NCBI GenBank assembly: GCA_963785725.1
Contig: CAWAWS010000047.1
Location: forward strand, 131,883-195,882
Direction of reading: 5' to 3'
Origin: an uncultured delta proteobacterium
GTDB lineage: Bacteria; Myxococcota_A; Polyangia; Palsa-1104
DNA length: 64,000 bases
The translations under genes and the position numbers were made by a program. Shown one piece after another: positions 53,246-64,000 of the stretch. The notes beneath the pieces are model-generated. The model was not told the DNA's origin. It searched no databases and worked only from the letters and a program-made list of their open reading frames with translations. Numbering within the stretch: the stretch's first letter is position 1; each line of letters starts with the position of its first letter.

Positions 53246-53501
53246 TCATCGCCAACCTCGACAGCCAAACATCAAAAAAAAATCTTGGACAGGCGGGCCA
53301 GGGCGAATCGCCCGTGACGACTCCGCGTCTATCGCACCGCGATCGACTTTGCCGGTCGCGGCGACTCTGAGGGATGATCGTCGCCTGCGACGTCGCCGCG
53401 ACTTCGAGCCGGCTCTTTCCCTTTCGGTCGAAAGGCTTGTCGATCCCGAGAAAGTTTGGTCGTATCGCCTGAGGAAAGAAGGCGGCGGCCGGCTGGCCGC
53501 T

Positions 53502-54894
53502 TCACGACAAACGGATTCCCAGCTCTTCGAGCTTGCGATAGAGCGACGACAGCCCCAGCCCCAGCCGGCGGGCGGCTTCGCGCTTGTCGTCGCCGCACTC
53601 GCGCAGGACCCTCTGGATGTGATGCATCTCGTAGTCGCGAACGGCCGCGCGGAGGTTGTCGCCCGGCGACGTCGTGATCGCAATCGACACAGAGCCCTGG
53701 CGGAAAATCGTCGGGCGTGAGGATCGGCCCTTCGCTCAGGATCACGGCCCGCTCCAGGGCATTGTCGAGCTCGCGCACGTTGCCGACCCACGAGGCCGAC
53801 ATCAGGCCGCGGATGGTCGCGTTGTCGACCCCGTCGACTCGCTTGCCCAGGATCCGGGCGTGCTTGGCCAGCAGGACCGCAACCAGCTCGGGGATATCTT
53901 CGCGACGGTCGCGCAGCGGGGGCAAGTGGATCGTGACGACGTTCAGGCGGTAATAAAGATCGGCGCGGAACCGGTCGGCGGCAACCTCGGCCGCGAGGTC
54001 TTTGTTGGTCGCCGTCAGCAGCCGGGCTTGAAAGGAGACCGGGCGAGTCGCCCCGACCGGCAAGACTTCCTTGTTCTCGATCGCCCGCAGGAGCTTGGCC
54101 TGGGTCGACCGCGCCAGCTCGCCGATCTCGTCGAGAAAGACAGTCCCCCGGCCGGCCGCGACGAAAAGCCCGGCGTGGTCGCGATCGGCCCCGGTGAAGG
54201 CCCCTCGAACATGGCCGAAGAGCTGGTTTTCCAGCAGGTCGTGCGGGAATGGCCGCGCAGTTGATCGCCAGAAACATCTCGCTCTGGCCCGCGCCCAGCG
54301 CATGCAGGCCCCGCGCCACCAGCTCCTTGCCGGTTCCCGACTCGCCCGTGATCAGCACGGTCGCTTCGCGTCGGCCCGACCTTGCGGATCAGGGTCTTGA
54401 CCGCCTGGATCGGCGGGCTCTCGCCGACCAGCGCGTCGAGGTCGCCCTGCGTGTGCAACTGGCGCCGCAGCGCCTGGTTTTCCCGGAGCAGCCGGCGAAA
54501 GCGGATCAGGCGGTCGATCTTGGCGAGCAAGTCCTCGAAGAGCACCGGCTTCATCAGGTAGTCGTGCGCCCCGCGCTGAAATGCGGCGACGGCGTTTTCG
54601 ACCGTCGCATACGCCGTGATCATGATGAACAGCGTGTCGGGCCGGATCTGGAGCACGCGGTTCAAGACGGTGATGCCCGTCGGCGCCGGGGAGCTGAACG
54701 TCGCAGAGGACGATCTCCGGCTCGAATGCTTCGACCTGGGCCAGCGCCGATGGCAGGTCGTGGGCCGTCGCCACCTCGAAGCCCTCGCCTTGCAGGAACT
54801 CTTTGAGCGTCGAGGCGATCACCTCCTCGTCGTCGACGATCAGGATCCGGCCCCGCGGCACCGTCCGGCTGCTCGCCGGTCTTGCGGCCGTCAT
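53502..54894 (-). CDS. Sigma54-dependent response regulator, NtrC/AtoC family (frameshifted)
   Basis: ILIVDDE...[28 protein letters not shown] and C-terminal HTH across several frames. Confidence 0.9.
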
Positions 54895-54920
54895 TCGACC
54901 TTAGCCGCCGCGACCTGGCT

Positions 54921-56332
54921 TCATGACGGCTCGTCTCCCAGCGCGGCCGTGGCAGCGGCCATCGACGGCTCGCCGCGATCGCGGTCGCGAGTGGACGGGC
55001 CAGCTCGTCGTCGTCGCGCCAGCTCTTCGAGCGCGGCCGGTTCCAGCGGGCAGCCGCACAAGAAAGTCGATCCCTGGCCCGGCTCGGATCGAAAGGACAG
55101 GGTGCCGGCGTGATCTTCGAGGATCTGCCGGCTGACAAACAGGCCCAGGCCCGTGCCGTGGGCCTTGGTCGTGAAAAAAGGCTGGAACAGCCGGCAGCGG
55201 TCGGCGATCGAGATGCCGCGGCCGTCGTCGTCGACCGTCAAGACCAGCGAAGCCGTCGTCGACGCGGCGGCCACATGGATCTGGCCCTCGAGTCGTCGGT
55301 CGCGTCGATCGCGTTCAAGACGAGGTTCAAGACGACCTGAGTCAGGTGATCGCGCACGCCCGACGACCGTCGGCAAGTCGGCGGAACATCGCGTGCGTGA
55401 TCGTGCGCTGCTTTGGTGCGCTGGTAGTACTTGGCGATGCCGAGCGCTTCGTCGACGACCTCGCCGATGCGGACCCGCGTGACGGCCGTCGAGGCCGGGC
55501 GCGAAAAGTCGATCAGCTCGCGGATCGTGCGCTCGATCCGCTGCAACTGGCGCGCGGCCAGGTCGAGCTTTTCGGCCGTGTATGGGTCGGGCCCGCGCCG
55601 TTTGAGGATCTGCACCAGCGAGCTGAGGGCGGCCAGCGGATTGCCGACCTCGTGGGCGATTCCCGCCGCCAGCAGTCCAAACGCCGCCATCTTCTCCTGC
55701 TGGATCACCCGCGCCTGCGAGGCGCAGGGCTTCGGTCCGTTCCTCGACGCGGCGTTCCAGGTCGGCGCGGGCCAGCGGCCAGCTCGGCGTTCAAGTGCTC
55801 GAGCTCTTCGCCGGCCTCATGCAGCGAGCCGGCCAGCGACGAGCTGGCCCAGGTCACCCAGGCCATGATCGTCAGCGTCAGCGGCAAGCTCGAGTCCCAG
55901 AACGACGGGCTCACCCAGCACACAGGCCAGGCTCAGCAGACTGAGCGTGTGAAACGCGACCGTCCACCAGGCGACCGACCGACGCGATAGCGGATCGAGC
56001 AGCAGATCAGCGAGAGCAAGTAATACCAGCGAAACGGGCTGTTCAAGCCCGTGTCGTGATAGCACAAGAGCGCGATGAAGACCGACTCCATCAGCGAGAC
56101 AAAGAGCGGCCAGCGCTTGAGGAAGACCTCGCCCATCCACCAGAACGCCAGGTCGAGCGCGGCGATAGCCGGCCCCCAGGGCCAGAAACGCGCGCACCGC
56201 CCACGGGTCGTGCAGCCCCGTCCGGGTCTGAACCAGGATGTAGCCCATCACGACGCCGAACCAGCGGAGCTTGACCACGATCGACTCGGCGGCCAGCTCC
56301 CATCGCGATCGTTCGGTCGCTCCCGCACTCAT
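54921..56332 (-). CDS. Membrane sensor histidine kinase (frameshifted)
   Basis: TM region; QQEKMAAFGLLAAGIAHEVGNPL; QPFFTTKAHGTGLGL. Confidence 0.85.
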
Positions 56333-56598
56333 CGGCTCATTCTCCGGCTCCGCGAACTCATATAGCACCCGAATTCACGACAATGCCGCCTGCCCGCGAC
56401 CCGCACCCTCGTCAGAAGGATTATAGGCATGCAACGTCCTCGTATCTCAGCAGCGACCATCCCAAAAACGCGCGGGCACGCGTGTATTGGGCGATTTGGA
56501 ACTCCGTTTGCGTGTGAATGCTTGACGTTCGGCACGCATGCCGATCTCACGCAAGCCTGAATGCTTGAGCTCCCAGGCGAATCAGCGAGGAAAGACCG

Positions 56599-57440
56599 AT
56601 GGCCAACAATCTCGATGCTCTTCTGGCTCGAGCCAAATCGATCCGGCAAGACATTCTGAAGATGACGACCGAGGCCGGCTCGGGGCATCCCAGCAGCTCG
56701 CTGTCGGCCGTCGAGATCGTGACGGCCCTGTATTTCGGCGGATTCTTGCGGCACGATCCCAAGAACCCGCACTGGCCCGACCGCGACCGGTTCATTCTCT
56801 CCAAGGGGCATGCGGCGCCGGTGCTCTACGCGGCGCTGGCCCAGGCGGGCTATTTCCCGCACGACGAGATCATGACCCTGCGCAAGCTGGGCAGCCCGCT
56901 CGAGGGGCACCCCAACATGAAGCGGCTCGCCGGCGTCGAGGCCTCGACCGGCTCGCTCGGCCAGGGGCTGTCGATCGGCATCGGCCACGCGCTGGCCGCC
57001 CGGGTCGACAAGAAGAGCTATCACACCTACGTCCTGACCGGCGACGGCGAGCTCGGACGAGGGGCAGAACTGGGAGGCCGCCGCCGCGGCCGCCAAGTTC
57101 AGGCTCGACAACCTGACCCTGATCGTCGACCGCAACCATTTCCAGCAGACCGGCCCCGCCGAAGAGGTCCTCAATCTGGACCCGATCGACGGCAAGTTCA
57201 CCGCCTTCGGCTGGAAGACCCAGGTCATCAACGGCAACGATCATGCGCGAGGTGCTCACGGCCCTCGAGCGCGCCCGCGCCGTCAAGGGCATGCCCACTT
57301 GCATCGTCTCGCTGACCCACAAGGGCCAGGGCATCCTGAACCTGCTCCGCAAGCTCGGCGACACCAATTTTCACGGCAAGCCCGTGCCGGCCAAGTACCT
57401 CGACGAGGCCCTGGCCGAGGTCGCCGCCGGCGGCGAGTGA
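56599..57440 (+). CDS. tkt: Transketolase, N-terminal (TPP-binding) subunit (frameshifted)
   Basis: SGHPSSSLS, DRDRFILSKGHAAP, LEGHP, STGSLGQG and GDGE. Confidence 0.93.
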
Positions 57441-57500
57441 CGTCGAGCCGGTCCGCTCGATCACTCGAGAGCCAGCTCCACTGAGAAAGGCGAACGAATC

Positions 57501-58686
<1,186 letters not shown>

Positions 58687-58704
58687 CACTCTTCAATTCA
58701 TCGG

Positions 58705-59650
58705 CTATTGTTTTGCCGGCCGCGCGAGACCCATCTCTTTCATGAGCATCTGCAAATCTTCCCAGGTGTCTTTCTTGGCGGCGGGATTGCGGAGCAGATA
58801 TGCCGGATGGTACGTGACGATGGTTCGGATGCCGCGATAGCGGTGCCACTTGCCGCGCATCTTTGCCATCGACAGAGTGGAGTTCAGGAGCGCCTGGACG
58901 GCGATGCGGCCGAGCAGGCAAAGAAATTCGGGCCGGATGATGTCGATCTGCTGCTCCAGGTAACCGAAGCAGTTGTCCATTTCCTCGTTGGTTGGGTTGC
59001 GATTGTCGGGCGGCCGGCATTTGAGAATGTTGGCGATATAAACCTGCTCGCGCGCAGACCCATTCCCTTGGTGATGATGTCGGTGAGCAACTGGCCTGCG
59101 CGGCCGACGAACGGCTCGCCCAGTCGGTCTTCGTCAAATCCGGGGCCTCGCCGACGAACATGAGCCGCGCCACCGGCGTACCCACTCCGAAGACCGTTTG
59201 CGTGCGTGTCTCGGCCAGGTGCGGGCATCGAACGCAGCCGGAAACTTCGCCGGCCAGCTCGGCGAGCCGAGCGGGTCGGTCGCATGCCGCTAGGGGCGGG
59301 ATTATCGAATTCGGACGATCCGAAAAGCGCGGCCAGCGATGGGGCAGGCCGTTCGATCGCGGGCGTAGGTCGTTGGGCGGGAGAACTGAACGGCGCATGG
59401 CGATGCTTCGTCGCCGATTGTCGGGGGTATCGACGGCCATGTACGCGGGTGCCTCCGTGTCGAATGCTTCGGGTAGCGGCGAAGGTGCGATCGGTCACCG
59501 AGCCGGCGCGATCGCACCGACAGCTTCGATCGCTGGGAGGCGGTGCGGTACGCGATCCAGGCCGGCACGTGCGAGTGATTCAAGCTGCTGACGTAGCGAG
59601 CCGGACGAGCGATTCCCTCGCAGATCGCCAGTTTCACGATCGTCGGCCAA
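58705..59650 (-). CDS. Uracil-DNA glycosylase family 4 (frameshifted)
   Basis: [35 protein letters not shown] and [11 protein letters not shown]; start approximate. Confidence 0.9.
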
Positions 59651-59754
59651 GAATCATCACCTCGAATAAACTTATGTCTGCTCGCGTCCGGCTCGACGAC
59701 GCCGGGTTTCACGGCTGAACAACCTTGCGCACTTTGGCCGGTGCCGGATTGAAA

Positions 59755-61100
59755 TCATGGCTGACCCAGTGCCGCCAGGCCTCGATATCGTATCCGAAAT
59801 CCTGGCCTGTCATCTTCTGAAGCGCGGTGAGCACTTCGACATTGCGAAACGTGAAGGTAAAGAGCCGCGGCTCCGGGGTGTTGTTGATCTGGGCGCCCCG
59901 GATTGAATCCGATTCCGTTGGGGAACGCGTAGAATGGAGCCGAAATAATGCCGTAGGCGACGGCTCCCTGGCTGACCACCGGCGGCGTCTGTACGGCGAT
60001 GTCGTTGTTGTTGTAATGGAGCGGCGTCAGAGGCACGCCCTGCGTGCCGATGGCCGGCACGGTGCTGCCGTCGCGCACGACCATGACCATGCGTTGTTCC
60101 TGGGTCAATAGCGCGGGGATCAATCGGGGCACGACCTCGATGGCGCCGAGTGGCCCAAGGTCCAGGCGGCCCGGTTGATGACCTGGATATCGGCGGAGAA
60201 GTCAGGCGCGGGCCAAGCTGGGCGACCGTGTTGGGATCGTCGCGATCCTTGAGCTTTTCAAAGATCACTGGCCGGACTTCAGCGGTCGGCTCGGCCAGTA
60301 TCTGGTTGACCAGACCGGCGCGTCGCCTCTTTGCCGGGAATGGCCGCCAGAATCTGGGCCAGCAGAATCCGCAACGGGGGTTCGTCGTTGCCCAGCACGC
60401 GTACAAGGGGACCGACCGCCTGCGAATCGCGAATCGCCATCAACTGCGTTTCCGCCTCGCGCCGGCGATCGTCCGGACCGTTCACGATCGACTGCCGTCA
60501 ACATCTTGATCCGGCGTACCCACGTGGCCTGCGTGGCCGTCGATTCTTCTTCCGCCTGCCGCTTGGCTCGCTCTTCGGTCGATATCCAGCGTCCCTTGTA
60601 CTTCACCAGCCCCTGGACTCGCGCTCAGATCGTCGCGGCTCAGCCAGTAACCGTCGTGATACACGTGCCCGAGCTTGCGATGGGCCGGCTCAAACGACTT
60701 GTCGGCGAGGAGCGCTGCCTCATAATGCAGCCTCGCCAGGTCGGCAAGCTTATTCTGCTCGCACCACGTTCCCAGATCGAACTGGGCCGTTGCCGTGCTT
60801 TCCGCCTTCTTGACGTGCTCAAAGTAGTCGTCAAGCGGGCTGGCCTTGGGAATGACCTCGACGATCTGGGCCTTGCTGAACGAGAGCGGCTTGCGACCTT
60901 GCATCAGCCAGACCTGCACGCGATCCTTATTCTGTGGATCCGGCTGGATCTTTCCCTGGACTTGCCCGCCACCCCGCAAGACGATCACATCGGCCCGCGT
61001 TGCCGGAGACTGGCCCAGGAGAAATAAGCCCGTCACGAATGCAGCAACGCGGCCAAGCCGGCTCGCGATGCGAAATACTGCCGCCCTACACTCGCCGCGA
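59755..61100 (-). CDS. Exported HEAT-repeat protein (frameshifted)
   Basis: ATRADVIVLRGGGQVQG, LGTWCEQNKL...AHRKLGHV and HEAT-like helical segments; start approximate. Confidence 0.65.
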
Positions 61101-61366
61101 TCATGACCAGATCCTCCGGCTGCCGGGGACGCCAATGCGACCGTGAGTCGACGCTCTATTGTATCAGACGAAACTCGTGTCGCCGCATTCGTTGGACTGG
61201 CAGGCTCTCCTGGAACAGCATCCGTCGCCAGGAAGCCCATGAACCCACATGCCCTGTATTGTAAGGGACCACCGCGACGCACCGACAATTGGTACCTCAG
61301 CATCGCTGGTATTTGTGAGAGTGGGAAACATGAGTTAACAATATAGATTGGGCAGGAGAGATCATC

Positions 61367-61879
61367 GTGAGCCAAGCTGTAAGGGAGCACCGCGAGGCTG
61401 CTCGCGAACATTTGAACGTGGCGGTCGTGACGGTTTCTGATACGCGGTCGGTCGAGACCGATACGTCGGGAGCGTTGATCGTCGAGCTGGCCGCTGGGGC
61501 TGGGTATCGGATTGTCGCGCGGCACATCGTTCGTGACGAGCCCGCAGAGATGACAGCGCTCATTGGCGGCCTGTGCGCGGTCGCTGACCTGGACGCGATT
61601 TTGATCACGGGTGGAACCGGGATCAGCCCGCGGGATCAGACGTTTGAGACGGTGTCGGCGCTTCTGACCAAGCCGCTTCCCGGCTTTGGCGAACTGTTCC
61701 GCATGCTGAGCTATGCGGAAATCGGTCCGGCGTGCTTGTTGAGCCGGGCAGTCGGCGGGTTGATCGGCCGCAAGGTGGTCCTGGTCATGCCGGGCTCGCG
61801 TGCGGCGGCCGAGCTGGCGATGCGGAAGATCGTGCTTCCCGAGCTACCGCATATCGCCCGTGAAGCACAAAAGTCGTGA
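61367..61879 (+). CDS. moaB: MogA/MoaB family molybdenum cofactor biosynthesis protein
   Basis: VTVSDTR...DTSG, ITGGTGISPRDQT, PGFGELFR and LSRA. Confidence 0.93.
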   Translation: MSQAVREHREAAREHLNVAVVTVSDTRSVETDTSGALIVELAAGAGYRIVARHIVRDEPAEMTALIGGLCAVADLDAILITGGTGISPRDQTFETVSALLTKPLPGFGELFRMLSYAEIGPACLLSRAVGGLIGRKVVLVMPGSRAAAELAMRKIVLPELPHIAREAQKS

Positions 61880-61929
61880 TAGGGATCGATCAGTGCGCGA
61901 AAATATTGAGGATCGTGGCGCCGCCGGCT

Positions 61930-62860
61930 TCACTCTGGCTTCTTGAACAGGTCGAGAAACCGATTTTCGTATTCGCGGAAGACGCCCAGCCTGTCGAGCT
62001 CGCGCTTGAGCTCGTAGGCGGTGGCGCGGTCTTCCTTGGCTTGCGTAAAGAGCTGTTCGATCCGTCGGCTGCCGTCGCGGCTGGGGCCTTCTTCCTCCGC
62101 CGGCTCGTCGACCGTCGACGATTCGTCGGTCTGCGTGTCCTGATCGATCGACTTTTGCATTTGCTCGAGGAATTCGCCGAGCTTTTGCTCCATGTTTCTG
62201 ACTTGCTCGGCGAGCTCGGCGTAATCAACATGGAGATCGGCCATGGTCCCGAAGGCTTCGAGAATCGCCAGCGAGGCCTTGGGCGAGGGAAGCTGCGCCA
62301 GCACATGGGGCATCTCTCCCATCAGGCAGGCGCCACGGATTCCATGTTCGGCGGCGACGCCGAGCAGCACGCCTTCGAGACCGCCGATTTGGCCGTTTTC
62401 GATTGTCTCCAGACCAAGGTGCTTGAGCTCCGCCAGGCATTCAGAATCGGTGGCGGCGACAAAGACGCGGGCAGGGCGGGCGGGATTCATCTGGGTCGCC
62501 AGGGCCGCGAAGGTGTAAACCCGCTCCACGCCCAGCGTCATGGCAAACTCGATCAATCGCTGGCAAAACGTAAATTTCCCCACGGGGGGCTGTGCTTCGC
62601 CGATGAAGACGATGAGATCATGCTGCCCACGTGGATCATTCCAGACGAAGAACCGACTGCGTGGCATGCGCCCTGGTTGGATCACGCCGTCCTTGACTTC
62701 GACTTGCTCGATGTCGAAAAGCTCTCGTGCCCGAGAACTCGGCAAGGAGGTGCATTCCGAGTTTCGCCATCAAATAATAGCCGGCGCTGATGGCGACATT
62801 GCCAATGCCCGGCCAGACGGTGACCAGCCAAGGATTCTTGAGTTTCAGCTCTTCGGCCAT
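61930..62860 (-). CDS. PAC2 (proteasome assembly chaperone) family protein (frameshift near 62740)
   Basis: WPGIGNVA, FIGEAQP, GQIGGLEGVL and CLMGE...PSPKAS. Confidence 0.85.
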
Positions 62861-62970
62861 GTTCGTTGTTCCCCGTTTTGCGTTCGTGCCTCTTCAAGCG
62901 ATCATGGCATCGCCGCCTTATCCCGACAAGTGCTCGCGGTGTAGCACACGTGCCCGACCCGCCCTGCCGC

Positions 62971-64000
62971 TCACCGTCGCCGCGACCAGACATAAAGGGC
63001 GATCGCCGCGGCGGTGGCCGCGTTGAGCGACTCGACGCCGGGCTGCATGTCGATCCGCCGGCGTTCGCACTGGCGGAGCCGCTGCGGCAGTCCGGGTCCC
63101 TCGACACCGACCACCAGGCCGAACGTTTCGGGAAAAGGGGCGTCGGAAAGCTCGGGGCCGGAGGTGTCGAGTGCGATCAGCGGGACGCCGGCGACTCGCA
63201 GGTCGGCGAGCGCCGGCCCGTGCTCGAGCGGGACCTGAAAAGGGCCGGCCCGCCGCCCGGCGCTTCTGGGGTGAAACGGATGGGCCGCCTCGCTCAGCAA
63301 CACCACCTGCGCCACGCCAAAGGCCGCCGCCGAGCGAATCACCGCGCCGATGTTTTCCGGGTCTTGAAACGGCACAAACAGGGTGCAGCCATCGGGCCAG
63401 GGCGCGTCGTCTCTGAAGCGATCGAGTCGCCGGCACACGCACCAGCAACAGCGGCGCATGCGTGCCGACGACGTCAAGCTCTTTGAAGAGCGGGTCGCTG
63501 AACCGCAGCCATTGATCGACCTCTCGGAGGGCGGCTGCCCGCGGCTGTCTGTCATCCAGCCGATGACATGCTCGGGAAACCGTGCCAGCACCTCGGACAG
63601 ATCCGCCTGCCGGACAGGATCGCCTCGCCATGCTTGCGGATACCGGGCCCGCCGAGCAGTTCACGACAGCGCTGAAATGTCGGGTTGGAGGCGCTGGCGA
63701 TTTCCCGAACCGTGCCCGCGAAATCGGCCCGAACTCGGCTTCGCGGTACGACCTCTTTGAAGCGAAACTTCTCGGCCTCGCCTTCCAGTCGTTCATAAAC
63801 GACGCACCGCCGGCTGTGCGTCGTGCCGGGAAGGCATACGCGTGATCGGCCGCGAGGCGAAAAGGTCGACGTGGGTATTCGGCCGCCTCGGCGATTTCTT
63901 GGTCGCAATCGGGCCCCTTCATGAAGATCATCCGCCCGCCTGCCGCCAGGCACGACGCCACGCGATCGAGCGTCTCGGGGATCGATCCGACCGCGCGGGT
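62971..64000 (-). CDS. RsmG-like + TrmH/SpoU RNA methyltransferase fusion (frameshifted; starts beyond the right edge)
   Basis: TRAV...GGRMIFMKG...VVYERL followed by IASASNPTF, QDPENIGAVIRSAAAFG, GVEGPGL and ESLNAATA. Confidence 0.8.

Overview
This window appears to be a chimera of two unrelated high-GC genomes joined near position 43,915. The left ~43.9 kb reads as myxobacterial-type DNA with few frameshifts (Ser/Thr kinase, FHA-sigma54 activator, many lipoproteins and c-type cytochromes). The right ~20 kb reads as planctomycete-type DNA in which most long genes carry several single-base indels, consistent with poorly polished long-read sequence; both taxonomic labels are inferences from gene style. 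Three items on the left stand out. (1) Two same-frame ORFs (36110-38059 and 35033-36091) are separated by a single TGA that is followed, 11 nt later, by a 17-nt hairpin with GU in its loop. This suggests one ~1,008-codon selenocysteine lipoprotein (FG-GAP repeats, ASPIC/UnbV, CxxC thioredoxin) in an operon with a diheme cytochrome c lipoprotein. (2) A class I lanthipeptide cluster (lanA1-lanA2-lanC-lanB) lies behind a sigma54-like promoter. Its two precursors share a double-glycine leader and have divergent single-Cys cores, and one precursor is missing from the ORF track. (3) A Fur-box-like site precedes a lipoprotein with an atypical CX3CH heme motif. No rRNA, tRNA, CRISPR array or mobile element was recognised.
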